A stretch of DNA of 64,000 bases from an uncultured Planctomycetaceae bacterium (lineage in GTDB: Bacteria; Planctomycetota; Planctomycetia; Planctomycetales; Planctomycetaceae), in NCBI GenBank assembly GCA_963976765.1, contig CAXBME010000023.1, forward strand, positions 1-64,000. Reading direction: 5' to 3'. The notes below the pieces were generated by a model. The model saw only the letters and a program-made list of their open reading frames with translations. It was not told the origin of the DNA and made no database searches. A program made the translations under genes and the position numbers. This document shows, piece after piece, positions 50,681 to 62,924 of the stretch (positions within the stretch are counted from its first letter, which is position 1; each line of letters starts with the position of its first letter).

Positions 50681-53600
50681 ATGCGGGAACGTACTGCGGT
50701 GGCGTACTGGCTGTTGCTTTCGATCAGCACTCTGATGTTTGGGATTCTTGGCTCATCGATCGCGGCCGAACCTCAGGCCGCGGCGGACAACGACCGCAAA
50801 GCTGCCGAAATGATCTATGGGCTGATGCCCCGTCAGGAAACCGGTGCTCTGGATTTCGTCGAGCAGCATCCCGAGTTCGATGGGCGAGGCGTCGTCGTGG
50901 CGATTTTCGACACGGGGGTTGATCCGGGCGTCGTTGGTTTGCAGACAACTCCAGACGGTCGTCCCAAGGTCATCGACATCGTCGACGCAACTGGCTCGGG
51001 TGACGTCGACATGTCTAAAGTCGTGACTCCTGAAAACAGTCAGGTGACTGGCCTCAGTGGTCGCGTGCTGAAGCTCGATCCAAACTGGAAACTGTCCGAC
51101 GGCAAAGTTCGCGTCGGCATGAAAGCCGGCTACGAACTTTACCCGCACGAGCTGGTCGACCGCGTCAAAGAACACCGCCACAAAGAATTCAACCAGAAGC
51201 AGCGCAAGCTTGAGAACGAGCTGCACAGCCAGATCGAAAACTTCAGCAAGGACGAATCGAAAGTCGATAAGGCCGAACTCGAAAAGCGGCTCGAAGCGTT
51301 GCTCGCTGCCGGCAGAAGCTACACCGACCCAGGGCCGATTTATGACTGTGTCGTTTTCCACGATGGCGAGCACTTTCGAGCGGTCGTCGACACGGATGAA
51401 GACGGCGACCTGGCCGACGAAAAGGCGATGACGAACTACCGCGTTGCTCGCGAGTACGCTCAGTTTGACGAAGTGTCACTGCTCAACTTTGGCGTCAACA
51501 TTTACGAAGGCGGCAAGGTGCTGTCGATCGTCGCGGATGCGCATCCGCATGGAACTCACGTTGCCGGCATTGTCGCGGGCTACTATCCCGATCAACCGGA
51601 ATGGAACGGCGTTGCTCCAGGGGCACAGATTGTTTCCTGCAAAATCGGCGACACCTACATCGACGGCATGGAGACCGGACAGGCACTGATCCGCGCCACG
51701 AAGACGGTTCTCGAAAACAAATGCGACCTCGTCAACATGAGCTTCGGCGAGCCGACCAAGGCTCCCAACGAAGGGCTCATCATTCGGTATTTCGACGAGC
51801 TGGTCACAAAGCACGGAGTCATCTTCTGTGCGAGTGCCGGCAATTCAGGACCGGCTTTGTCGACGGTCGGTGCTCCGGGGGGAACATCGTCCTCGCTGAT
51901 CGGAATCGGCGCCCACGTTTCTCCGAAGATGATGGAAGCTCAGTATGCTCTCCGCGAAACCTTTTCTGACCGACCTTACACCTGGAGTTCCCGCGGCCCG
52001 ACCTTCGATGGTGACATCGGCGTGAACCTGTTTGCTCCGGGCGGCGCGTTCGCGCCCGTTCCGCAATGGACTCTTGAAAAAAGTATGCAGATGAACGGGA
52101 CGTCGATGGCGTCGCCAAACTGCTGCGGCAACTTCGCGCTCGTTCTGTCTTCGCTGAAGGCAGAAAAAATCAGCTACAACCAGGAAAGCGTCCGGCGAGC
52201 GTTCGAGAACACCGCAAAGTGGATCGACGATGCGTCACCGTGGGCTCAGGGAGCGGGGCTGATTCAAACGCCAGCCGCGTACGAAGCCTTGAAGCGGGAC
52301 GCTGGTCGAAACGCCGAGCTGTACCGGCTCGAAGCAACACTTTCAGACGGCAATCGCGGAGTTTACATACGCGATCTTCACGACGCGGAAGGCTGGGCAT
52401 CGCCTCAGGAATACCGAGTGACCGTCAAACCGCTGTTTCATCCCGACGCGACGAGTCAGGAAAAAGTCGACTTTCGAATTCGACTCGAACTGCGCAGCAC
52501 GGAAGACTGGGTTCAGGTTGGTCCGGAATCGACGCTCTCTTCAGAAGGCGACATGATTTCTGTTTTCGTCGACCCTTCCGGTCTGGAACCCGGTGCCCAT
52601 TACGCGGAAGTTCAAGGCATTGATCCGGATCATCCAGAACGCGGACCGCTGTTTCGTTTGCCGGTGACGGTGCTTCGAACTGTCCCAGCCATCCAGGAAT
52701 GGGATGACGAATTGAAAGATGAACTTGAAGACGAAGACATCCCTCACCTGGCCGGTGGCTGGATGGAAGAGCACCTTGAAGATATGTCGCCAGGTCGGAT
52801 CGAACGTCGATTCATTGCCGTTCCGGACGGAGCTACCTGGGTCGATCTGCGATTCCAGATGGAACCTCACGAAAACGGTGGCCGTTCCCGCATGTTCATG
52901 GTCCATGCTCTGCAGGCCATTCCCGGACTAACGAACCGCGACGGAGAAAAGAACAACGTCGTGATTCTCGAACCGGAAGTTCCGAAGGTTGTGAGTTTCC
53001 CCGTTCAACCTGGACGCACGATGGAGCTGGCCTTTGCTCAATACTGGAGCAGCCTGGGTGATTGCAATCTGCACTACGAGTTGACCTTTCACGGGATCAC
53101 TCCCGACCAGCGTGAAGTCCGGCTTCAACCCGGTGATGAAGCGGTGCAGGTCGAAGTTTCAACGCCGCTGCAGTACGAAAAGCTTGCTCCGTCGGCGAAG
53201 CTGACTTCGTATCGGCGAATCGTGAAACCGACGTCTGCAAAGATCACTCAACTGGCGGAAGATCGCGACGGGTTTGACGAAGATCGACGCTTCCACCTGC
53301 TCGAACTTTCGTATCCGATCGAACAGAAGTCCGACGGTTCGATGACTCCGCGATTCCCGAAAACCGGGGATTTGCTTTACGACTCAGAATACGGTGGGCA
53401 TGTCTGGGCGATCTTCGAAAACAACGGTCGCCGGGTGGCCACTGACGATATCTGGCCGGGTGCCGTGGCACTCGGCAAGGGCAGCTACACACTGAAACTC
53501 TGGCTGCGGCATGACGACCGGTCGAAGCTGGAAGAACTCAAGTCAGCCACGATGTCGCTGGATCGGTCACTCGGTTCGCCGGTTTCGCTTTCTGTTTACT

Positions 53601-54613
53601 CGACTCTAATCGATGTCATGCAGGACGGAGCGAAGTTCCGCAGCAAGTGGCTCGCCCCCGGACAGAAACAACGATTGTTTGTTTCTAATGTTTCGTCAGC
53701 TCCTGGCGGAACGCTGGCGGGGGACATCCTGCTTGGAACGATCACTTACGGTGAAGAAGGAACCCATGACGGGGCAGGGCAGTTGCCCGGTGGCTTCCCG
53801 GTGAGCGTCGTTGTTTCGACGGCCCATGCCGTGTCGACTTCTTCCGGCGGCGACGCAGGTAAGTCTTCTGTCGAAAGTTTTGACGAACCGTTGACCGGCG
53901 ATGCCGCAAAGAATTCCCGAGAGAAACTGAATCGAAAGTTGCGTGAAGCGAGGCTGGAGTTTCTGAACTCGTTGTCGTTGGCTTCGGATCGAGAAGTGTT
54001 TGATCGACTGATCGAAGACGCATTGAAAAAAGACGAGAACGATCTCACCGTCCTTGTCGCAAAGCTTCGGAAACTCGACGACGAGAAATCACGGAAGGAG
54101 CGGCTCGGCGAAGTTGTCGAAGCGGCAGACGCCGTGCTGGCACAACTCGACGAGACGGCGATCGCAATGGCTCTCGTCGGACGTTCTGCGGCTGATGACA
54201 AAGAGGCGGCCAGCGGTCGGAAGATGGCTGAAAAGAAAAAGGCACTGCTGATCGACACTCTGTACCGCAAAGGTCGAGCCCTCGGTTACATGGAGTTGCC
54301 GGAAGTTCTAGCGAAGCACCCGATTAAAGATCAGAAGGCTCACGACCAGGCATTTGAAGGCGCTTACAAGGCTCTCAGTAAGTGGGTCGACCCGACCGGC
54401 AGCGACTACTTCCTGCTGCATATTCGGCGGGAAGCCCGCAAGCAGCACTTCGGCGAGTCACTCAAGTGGCTTAACAAGTACAGCAGCGGAGCGGCTCCCA
54501 ACTACTGGTACCTCGAAAAGCGCCGCAAGATCTACGAAGCTCTCGGTTGGGACCACCTGACTGAGAACGCCTGGCAGCTTCGCACATCGCACTTCCCAAA
54601 CGGTAAGCCGTAA
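50681..54613 (+). CDS. Tripeptidyl-peptidase II-like S8 peptidase with signal peptide
   Basis: GLMPRQETGA..F...PEFDGRGVVVAIFDTGVDPG, HGTHVAGI, YTWSSRGP and MNGTSMASPN; long D-H insert; about 1310 aa. Confidence 0.9.
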   Translation: MRERTAVAYWLLLSISTLMFGILGSSIAAEPQAAADNDRKAAEMIYGLMPRQETGALDFVEQHPEFDGRGVVVAIFDTGVDPGVVGLQTTPDGRPKVIDIVDATGSGDVDMSKVVTPENSQVTGLSGRVLKLDPNWKLSDGKVRVGMKAGYELYPHELVDRVKEHRHKEFNQKQRKLENELHSQIENFSKDESKVDKAELEKRLEALLAAGRSYTDPGPIYDCVVFHDGEHFRAVVDTDEDGDLADEKAMTNYRVAREYAQFDEVSLLNFGVNIYEGGKVLSIVADAHPHGTHVAGIVAGYYPDQPEWNGVAPGAQIVSCKIGDTYIDGMETGQALIRATKTVLENKCDLVNMSFGEPTKAPNEGLIIRYFDELVTKHGVIFCASAGNSGPALSTVGAPGGTSSSLIGIGAHVSPKMMEAQYALRETFSDRPYTWSSRGPTFDGDIGVNLFAPGGAFAPVPQWTLEKSMQMNGTSMASPNCCGNFALVLSSLKAEKISYNQESVRRAFENTAKWIDDASPWAQGAGLIQTPAAYEALKRDAGRNAELYRLEATLSDGNRGVYIRDLHDAEGWASPQEYRVTVKPLFHPDATSQEKVDFRIRLELRSTEDWVQVGPESTLSSEGDMISVFVDPSGLEPGAHYAEVQGIDPDHPERGPLFRLPVTVLRTVPAIQEWDDELKDELEDEDIPHLAGGWMEEHLEDMSPGRIERRFIAVPDGATWVDLRFQMEPHENGGRSRMFMVHALQAIPGLTNRDGEKNNVVILEPEVPKVVSFPVQPGRTMELAFAQYWSSLGDCNLHYELTFHGITPDQREVRLQPGDEAVQVEVSTPLQYEKLAPSAKLTSYRRIVKPTSAKITQLAEDRDGFDEDRRFHLLELSYPIEQKSDGSMTPRFPKTGDLLYDSEYGGHVWAIFENNGRRVATDDIWPGAVALGKGSYTLKLWLRHDDRSKLEELKSATMSLDRSLGSPVSLSVYSTLIDVMQDGAKFRSKWLAPGQKQRLFVSNVSSAPGGTLAGDILLGTITYGEEGTHDGAGQLPGGFPVSVVVSTAHAVSTSSGGDAGKSSVESFDEPLTGDAAKNSREKLNRKLREARLEFLNSLSLASDREVFDRLIEDALKKDENDLTVLVAKLRKLDDEKSRKERLGEVVEAADAVLAQLDETAIAMALVGRSAADDKEAASGRKMAEKKKALLIDTLYRKGRALGYMELPEVLAKHPIKDQKAHDQAFEGAYKALSKWVDPTGSDYFLLHIRREARKQHFGESLKWLNKYSSGAAPNYWYLEKRRKIYEALGWDHLTENAWQLRTSHFPNGKP

Positions 54614-54724
54614 GGAAGCAACCTTCGTCAGATCTTTTTAGACGATGACTGCGGCGCTGGCTTCGCTTGTCGGACGGTGGACTCTTACAGGTTCAGTTCA
54701 CACGTCACCTTTGTGAGTGTTGCC

Positions 54725-56626
54725 ATGTTGAGATTGCCGTCGGTTGCCCGGTCCGGGCTGCTTGTCTGTCTCGTGCTTCTGACGCTTCTGATTGAAAGTC
54801 AGACTTTCGGTCAGGGACAGATCGTCAGAACTCAGAAGAATGCTGAGCGAGCACCCCTTCAATATCTTCTGTATGTTCCAGAAGAAGCGTCGAAGCAGGA
54901 TGTCCCTCTGGTCCTCTTTTTGCATGGCGGTGGGGAGGGGGGCAGCGACATCGAGAAGGTGAAGAAGAACGGGCTGCCGAAGTTGATTGGCGAGGGGAAA
55001 TCGTTTCCGTTTATTGTCGTGTCACCGCAAAACCCAAGCGAGACGCAGTTCTGGGACGATCAGCAGTTGATCCGGCTGCTGGACGAACTCGAGGCAGACC
55101 TGCCGGTTGATCGGTCGAGAGTCTATCTGACTGGTTTGAGTCGAGGCGGCTACGGCGCGTGGCGACTGGCGATTCAGAACGCGGGGCGATTCGCGGCACT
55201 GGTCCCGATCTGCGGCGGCGGCCCGGCCCCGTATGCGGGAAAACTAAAAGATGTGCCGACCTGGTGCTTTCATGGTGCGAAGGATCCGGTCATTCCCCTC
55301 GTCGAGTCCCAACGTATGGTCGACGCACTGCGGGCGGCCGGTGGTAACGTAAAATTTACGGTCTATCCCGAAGCGAAGCACGACGCCTGGACCGAAACGT
55401 ACAACAACCCGGACCTCTACAAGTGGCTGCTGAATCAACAAAGGTCAAGCGCCGCAGCAGTTTCTATCAGAGCCGACTTCCCTGGTGGTAACGTCATCGT
55501 CGAAAAGATCGAAGGGGACGTCGTCACTCTGAAGCCTGACCTGCGAGGCGGGCGCGATTGGTTCTACTGGTCGTTCGAGTGCCAGACGAATGAGAGCCGA
55601 AAGCTGCGATTTGAGCTGCCGGACAAACGGACCATGAAGTGCATCGGCATGCAGGGGCCGGCGGTCAGCAGCGATGGCGGAGAAACCTGGGATTGGCTTG
55701 GCGCGGATTCAGTTGACGGTGCTGCCTTCGAATGCGCGTTCGACGCCGGTAAGCCACTCCGTTTGTCCGTCACGATTCCGTACATGCAGAAGAATCTCGA
55801 TCATCTGCTGGACGAGCATGAGAACAACGAGCACCTGGTCGTTACCGAGCTGGCAATGACTACCGGTGGGCGCGCGGTCGAACTGCTTCAAATCGGTGAA
55901 CCCGGTGGCGACCGCATCCCGGTAATGACCACTGCCCGGCATCACGCCTGCGAGTCGATGGCCAGTTATCTGCTGGAAGGTTTTCTTCGCGCCGCCATGT
56001 CTGACACCGAAGCCGGTCGGTCTTTCCGCGAGCGATACGTGCTCTACTGCGTTCCGATCGTCGACAAAGACGGAGTCCACGATGGCGATCAGGGGAAGAA
56101 CCGCAACCCGCACGACCACAATCGCGACTACATCGAACCGTCACCGTTAGATAATCCGAAAGACGTCGCCGGGCCGCTGTACCCCGAAATCGCCGCCATC
56201 ATGAAACTGCGAGACAGCAAGGGCATTCGCATTGCTGTTGATTTTCACTGTCCCACGCTGTGGATGGACTACCACCAGGTTATCTACTTCGTTGGCCCGA
56301 AGGATGTCCCCGCCAGCAACCTTCGAAACGTCACTCAACTCGGCGCTCTGATCAAAGCCGAGTTCCCGGAAACTGCCCCGCGAGGCTGCCTGGTCCTGCT
56401 CAAGAGCGAACGAACGCCCGGCCACTTCTCCGATTACTTCTCACGCGGAGATAATACCATCATGGCCACCACGCTTGAATTTCCGTACGCCTCGCCTGGC
56501 AAAAACATGTCGCCGTCGGCGATTGTGGGGTACGGACGGCAGTTGCTGGCCGCGTGGAACGAGGCGACATTTGCAGAACCGATTCCAGTCGACCGTGCGG
56601 AAAATCTGAAGCAAACTGGTCGGTAG
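54725..56626 (+). CDS. Fusion of an alpha/beta-hydrolase (esterase/peptidase) and an M14 zinc carboxypeptidase
   Basis: FLHGGGE, GLSRGG, FHGAKD and HDAW; then ADFPGGN, ARHHACE, NRDY and DFHC. Confidence 0.85.
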   Translation: MLRLPSVARSGLLVCLVLLTLLIESQTFGQGQIVRTQKNAERAPLQYLLYVPEEASKQDVPLVLFLHGGGEGGSDIEKVKKNGLPKLIGEGKSFPFIVVSPQNPSETQFWDDQQLIRLLDELEADLPVDRSRVYLTGLSRGGYGAWRLAIQNAGRFAALVPICGGGPAPYAGKLKDVPTWCFHGAKDPVIPLVESQRMVDALRAAGGNVKFTVYPEAKHDAWTETYNNPDLYKWLLNQQRSSAAAVSIRADFPGGNVIVEKIEGDVVTLKPDLRGGRDWFYWSFECQTNESRKLRFELPDKRTMKCIGMQGPAVSSDGGETWDWLGADSVDGAAFECAFDAGKPLRLSVTIPYMQKNLDHLLDEHENNEHLVVTELAMTTGGRAVELLQIGEPGGDRIPVMTTARHHACESMASYLLEGFLRAAMSDTEAGRSFRERYVLYCVPIVDKDGVHDGDQGKNRNPHDHNRDYIEPSPLDNPKDVAGPLYPEIAAIMKLRDSKGIRIAVDFHCPTLWMDYHQVIYFVGPKDVPASNLRNVTQLGALIKAEFPETAPRGCLVLLKSERTPGHFSDYFSRGDNTIMATTLEFPYASPGKNMSPSAIVGYGRQLLAAWNEATFAEPIPVDRAENLKQTGR

Positions 56627-56708
56627 GAGTTTGTTCCAGCCTACTGTTCGAAATTGGAAAATTATTTCGGACGCATTCCTTAAACACTCAATCTGACGAT
56701 CGGTGATC

Positions 56709-58322
56709 ATGAATTACGTCCGCTTATTTATTGGAGCAGTCGCGCTGTTGTCGGTGTCGTTCAGTCGAGCTGCCGACCAGCCGAACATTCTTTATGTCGT
56801 TGCGGACGATCTCGGCTTCAGCGATCTGGGGTGTTACGGCGGCGAAATCAGGACGCCGGTGCTTGACTCGCTGGCCGCTGGCGGAGTTCGTCTGACCCAG
56901 TTCTATAACACGGGCCGTTGCTGTCCATCGCGAGCGGCGATTCTGACCGGCCAGTATCCTCATCGAGTCGGGTTGGGGCACATGACCACGAACGATCTCG
57001 GGCAGCCGGGTTATCGAGGCGTAGTTTCAAGCGACGCTTTGACAATTGCTCAGGTGTTGGGCGGGGCAGGGTACCGATCATTCATGTCGGGGAAATGGCA
57101 TCTTGGTACGCCTGACCCAACGCGACACGGGTTTGAAGAATTCTACGGGACGCTCGTCAGCGCGAAGCGGTTCTTCGATCAGGATCATCTTGTGCGAACA
57201 CCGGACGGACGAACGGCTCGCCGGTACGCAGACGGAGAGTTTTACGCGACGGATGCCGTGACCGATCACGCTCTTGATTTTCTGAAGCTGGCTCGTCGAA
57301 CCCCCGACAAGCCGTGGTTTCTGTATCTGGCGTATAACGCTCCGCATTTTCCGCTGCACGCGCCGCAGGAGGAGATCGCGAAATACAAAAATCGGTACCA
57401 CGGCGGCTGGGACAAGTTGCGAGCAGAGCGGCTGGCACGAATGAAAGAGCTGGGAGTCGTTCCGGAAGACACGCAGTTGAGCAGGCGCTCTCACTGGCGC
57501 AACTATGGCGAGACAAAGATCGGAGTGAACCCGGCGTGGGAAACTCTTCCTGAAGATCGCCGACTCGATCTCGCGAGGCGAATGGCGATTTACGCGGCGA
57601 TGGTTGATCGGCTTGATCAGCAACTTGGACGAGTCATCAAGGATCTGAAATCTGTCGGCGAGTTCGAGAACACGCTGATCGTCTTCACGTCTGACAATGG
57701 CGCGTGTTTTGAGTGGGATCCGTTCGGCTTCGACATTGTGTCAAGCAACCAGAACATTCTGCACAAAGGCGGGATGCTCGACGAGATGGGTGGGCCGGGA
57801 ACATTTCACAGCGTCGGTTCGGGATGGGCGAATTCCTCAAATACTCCGTGGCGGCTCTACAAGCACTTTAACCACGAAGGCGGTATTGCTTCGCCGGGGA
57901 TTGTGCACTGGCCGGTTGGACTAAAGGTGCCGGCGGGCTCGATCAATCATTCGCCGGCTCACATTATCGACCTGATGCCGACCGCAGTTTCAGTGGCCGG
58001 TGCGAAGCACGAAGGCAAGCTCCCGCTGCCGGGCGAGAACTTGATCGAGCAGATTAACAACGGCGGCGAAGAGCGAATGCTGTTTTTCGAGCATCAGGGA
58101 AATCGAGCTGTTCGACACGGTCGGTGGAAGCTGGTCGCGCTGGACGATGAGCCCTGGGAGCTGTACGACTTCAACGTCGACCGGATTGAGATGCACGATC
58201 TCTCTCAGAAGCATCCGAAACGAGTGAATCAGATGGCTGCCGCGTGGGATGCATGGGCAGCGGCCAATTACGTGACGCCGCTGCCTCGCGATTTGAAAGT
58301 CGAGTACCTGAAGGCTGACTAA
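56709..58322 (+). CDS. Arylsulfatase (formylglycine-dependent)
   Basis: ADDLG, CCPSRAAILTG, GKWHLG, APHFPLHAP and SDNG. Confidence 0.95.
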   Translation: MNYVRLFIGAVALLSVSFSRAADQPNILYVVADDLGFSDLGCYGGEIRTPVLDSLAAGGVRLTQFYNTGRCCPSRAAILTGQYPHRVGLGHMTTNDLGQPGYRGVVSSDALTIAQVLGGAGYRSFMSGKWHLGTPDPTRHGFEEFYGTLVSAKRFFDQDHLVRTPDGRTARRYADGEFYATDAVTDHALDFLKLARRTPDKPWFLYLAYNAPHFPLHAPQEEIAKYKNRYHGGWDKLRAERLARMKELGVVPEDTQLSRRSHWRNYGETKIGVNPAWETLPEDRRLDLARRMAIYAAMVDRLDQQLGRVIKDLKSVGEFENTLIVFTSDNGACFEWDPFGFDIVSSNQNILHKGGMLDEMGGPGTFHSVGSGWANSSNTPWRLYKHFNHEGGIASPGIVHWPVGLKVPAGSINHSPAHIIDLMPTAVSVAGAKHEGKLPLPGENLIEQINNGGEERMLFFEHQGNRAVRHGRWKLVALDDEPWELYDFNVDRIEMHDLSQKHPKRVNQMAAAWDAWAAANYVTPLPRDLKVEYLKAD

Positions 58323-58364
58323 TTCGTCACATGCCAGCAGATTTCTGCGACAGCGTTCGCCAGG

Positions 58365-58682
58365 TCAGTCGGACGATTTCTTGCTGCTGGAGCCGCTGTC
58401 GGACTTCGACGAATTGTCACTCGACTTGCTTCCTGAATCGGACTTGCTCGACGATTCACTCGCCTTCTTGTCAGCAGCGGCACCCTTGTTGTAGGACGAG
58501 CTGCGGTAGTCGGTTTCGTAGAAGCCGGAGCCTTTGAAGATGATACCGGCACCGGGGCCGATCATGCGTTTCGCTTTGAGCTTGCCGCACTCGGGACATT
58601 TTCGCAGCGGTTTGGCCGTGATCGACTGAAACTCTTCCCACTGATGTTCGCAATTGGCGCACTTGTAATCGTAAGTCGGCAT
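58365..58682 (-). CDS. FmdB-family zinc ribbon protein
   Basis: MPTYDYKCANC...CPECG...FKGSGFYETDY with a Ser-rich tail. Confidence 0.92.
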   Translation of the reverse strand: MPTYDYKCANCEHQWEEFQSITAKPLRKCPECGKLKAKRMIGPGAGIIFKGSGFYETDYRSSSYNKGAAADKKASESSSKSDSGSKSSDNSSKSDSGSSSKKSSD

Positions 58683-58756
58683 CGTTGTATTCCGGTACGC
58701 GAACGAGGATTTGGTTGGCAAGGACGAGGTTGATCGCGCAGTGTGTGTGCCACTGG

Positions 58757-59419
58757 CTATGCGGATTCAGTCTCAGTTGTGTTTTCGGTGGCTTCAGGTG
58801 GAGCACATGCAACGATAACTTTCGTCGGGCGGATGACCCGGTCGTGCATGATGTAACCGCGTTCGAGTTCCTGGATGACGGTCATCGGTGGATGCTCGTT
58901 CGTCGGTACCTGCTGCAACGCTTCGTGCAGGTTGGGGTCGAATGTTTCTCCGACAGCGGAGATTGGCTTGGCTGAGTGGTTACCAAAGACCTGGTCGACC
59001 TGAGCGACGATCATCTGCAGACCCTGGATCAGATCGTCAATCTTGCCGGTTTGCTCTGCGGCCTGGATTGTTCGAGCGACATTGTCGAGAGCCGGAAGCA
59101 GATCCCGAATCAGCGGCAGACTGGAGTAGCGTGCGGAAAGCTCGGCTTCACGCTGGGCACGACGGCGGAAGTTTTCGAGTTCAGCGACGGATCGATGAAA
59201 CTTATCAATGTATTGATCCCGTTCGACCTGAACGGCTTCCAGCTCTGACCCCGCTGAATTGCTGTCGGCTGCCGAATCCTGCTGCACGGAGTCGTCGGAT
59301 TCAGAGCCGGCAATTGCCTCGGTGGCTTCGGCCATGGCTTCAGCAGTGACGTCGAGTTCGGCTTCTGAGTTGTTCTTTTCCGCGTTCGAGGCTTCGACGG
59401 AATTGGCATCGTTGCTCAT
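58757..59419 (-). CDS. grpE: Nucleotide exchange factor GrpE
   Basis: AELENFRRR, LLPALDN, FDPNLHEA and GY..HDRVIRP. Confidence 0.96.
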   Translation of the reverse strand: MSNDANSVEASNAEKNNSEAELDVTAEAMAEATEAIAGSESDDSVQQDSAADSNSAGSELEAVQVERDQYIDKFHRSVAELENFRRRAQREAELSARYSSLPLIRDLLPALDNVARTIQAAEQTGKIDDLIQGLQMIVAQVDQVFGNHSAKPISAVGETFDPNLHEALQQVPTNEHPPMTVIQELERGYIMHDRVIRPTKVIVACAPPEATENTTETESA

Positions 59420-59513
59420 CGAATTCCCTCCAAAAAGTAGGTCAGGCTCAGCCTGACGGAGTCATCAGTTGAAGTCTGCGTCCACGCAGGCATTATTGTT
59501 AACAGGTCGTTCG

Positions 59514-60659
59514 TTATTCGGGTTCGTCGGCAGGGACGAACCATTCTTTAAGTTTGTCGAAGAAGGATGAGCGATGCGGGCTGACTGCAGCGTGCTCCAG
59601 CTCAGCAAGGTCACGAAGCAGTGCTTCCTGCGCAGCGTCGATCTTTTTCGGGACTTCCAGAATTACGTGCAGTTGCAGGTCGCCGGCGCGACCTCCACGA
59701 GGGTCCGGCATCCCGCCACCTCGGATACGAATGACTTCGCCGGGTTGCGTGCCTGGGTAGATGTAGTGTTGTGTCTTGCCTTCGAGGCAGGGGATTTCAA
59801 TTTCTGCACCGAGAACGGCCTGGGTGTACGAAATGGGAACTTCGCAGATCAAATCCGGCCCGTCTCGATGAAACAGCGAATGTTCGCGAACGCTGATCTC
59901 GACGTAGAGGTCGCCGCGCGGTCCACCAAGAGAACCGGCTTCGCCCTCATCAGACAGCCGCAAGGTCATACCGGTATCAACGCCAGCGGGAACTTTGACG
60001 TCCAGCTTGACAGACTCGGCAACTTTGCCGGCTCCGCTGCAATCCGAGCATTTATCCCGGATGATCTTGCCTTCACCTTTGCAGGCAGGGCAGGTCGTCT
60101 GGACTCGAAAAAATCCCTGAGACTGAACGACCTGACCATGACCACCGCAGTAATCGCAGGAGTCGGCTGAGCTTCCGGGCTTTGCACCAGAGCCATCGCA
60201 GGTGTTACAGGTTTCCCGACGCCGGATCTCGACCGTCTTTTCGCAGCCTTTTGCGGCTTCGAGAAGGTCAATCTCCAGACGTGTCTTGAGGCTGTCTCCC
60301 TGCGTTGGACGCCGGCCACCGCCGCGCCGTCGACCACCGCCCATCCCGAAGCCATCGAACAGGTCGCCGAAGACGTCAAAGATATCGTTGATGTCGTTAA
60401 AGCCGCCGCCACCTCGACCGGCAGCACCTTGAACGCCCTGGTGTCCGAACCGGTTATAGCGAGCTCGCTTTTCGTCGTTCCCAAGAACTTCGTAAGCCTC
60501 AGCCGCTTCCTTGAATTTGTCAACGGCCTCTTCGTCACCCTGATTTCGGTCGGGGTGATACTTCAATGCCAGTTTCTTGTAGGCTTTTTTGATCTCATCG
60601 CCACCTGCGTCGCGAGAGACTCCCAGCACTTCGTAATAGTCGCGTTTGGTCGCCATCAT
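59514..60659 (-). CDS. dnaJ: Chaperone DnaJ
   Basis: [14 protein letters not shown] region and four CxxCxGxG repeats. Confidence 0.97.
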   Translation of the reverse strand: MMATKRDYYEVLGVSRDAGGDEIKKAYKKLALKYHPDRNQGDEEAVDKFKEAAEAYEVLGNDEKRARYNRFGHQGVQGAAGRGGGGFNDINDIFDVFGDLFDGFGMGGGRRRGGGRRPTQGDSLKTRLEIDLLEAAKGCEKTVEIRRRETCNTCDGSGAKPGSSADSCDYCGGHGQVVQSQGFFRVQTTCPACKGEGKIIRDKCSDCSGAGKVAESVKLDVKVPAGVDTGMTLRLSDEGEAGSLGGPRGDLYVEISVREHSLFHRDGPDLICEVPISYTQAVLGAEIEIPCLEGKTQHYIYPGTQPGEVIRIRGGGMPDPRGGRAGDLQLHVILEVPKKIDAAQEALLRDLAELEHAAVSPHRSSFFDKLKEWFVPADEPE

Positions 60660-60738
60660 GGTTTCCTGTCTCGAGCGACAGAGCCTTGTGCAGAAGTAAT
60701 CTCGACAGCCAGCTTGAGAAGCGTGACCTTCTGGAAAA

Positions 60739-60779
60739 CAACCGGCCGCCGACTCGCGTGGCGGGTCAACGGCCGGTTG
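60739..60779. terminator. Hairpin between groEL and dnaJ
   Basis: CAACCGGCCG pairs with CGGCCGGTTG, with an inner GAC/GTC stem. Confidence 0.45.
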
Positions 60780-60827
60780 GAAGAATCAAACGTTGAGCCT
60801 CAACAGCTCAGCAAATGCTGCATTCGA

Positions 60828-62447
<1,620 letters not shown>

Positions 62448-62529
62448 GATAAACTCCTCAATGGAGAGATTGGATTAAGTGAAAAGTCAAAATTGAGCGG
62501 GAGAGCATTGGACACTCTCGACGCAGCGA

Positions 62530-62817
62530 TTAACCGAGCTTCGCCAGGATGTCGCTCTCGCGAAGAATCTTGACTTCAACACCATCGACTTCGATTTCAG
62601 TCCCGCCGTATTTGCCGAACAGAACTTCGTCGCCAACTTTGACGCTGACCGCACATCGTTCGCCGCTTTCCAGCAGACGCCCTGGGCCAACGGCTGTGAC
62701 TGTTCCCCGCTGTGGCTTTTCGCGAGCGGCGTCCGGAAGAACGATTCCACCAGCAGTGGTTTCTTCAGCGTCCAGTGGCTTCACAACAACGCGATCGTCG
62801 AGAGGATTCAGTGCCAT
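62530..62817 (-). CDS. groES: Co-chaperonin GroES
   Basis: [17 protein letters not shown] and LRESDIL. Confidence 0.97.
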   Translation of the reverse strand: MALNPLDDRVVVKPLDAEETTAGGIVLPDAAREKPQRGTVTAVGPGRLLESGERCAVSVKVGDEVLFGKYGGTEIEVDGVEVKILRESDILAKLG

Positions 62818-62924
62818 AATTCTATAACTCCCTTTGTGGTCAAGCAGCTCGTTGCATCGGCAAAGAGCCGTGTGATTTAATGTTTTGAAAACGTGAATCG
62901 ATGGTCATCGTCAGGAAACATGAA

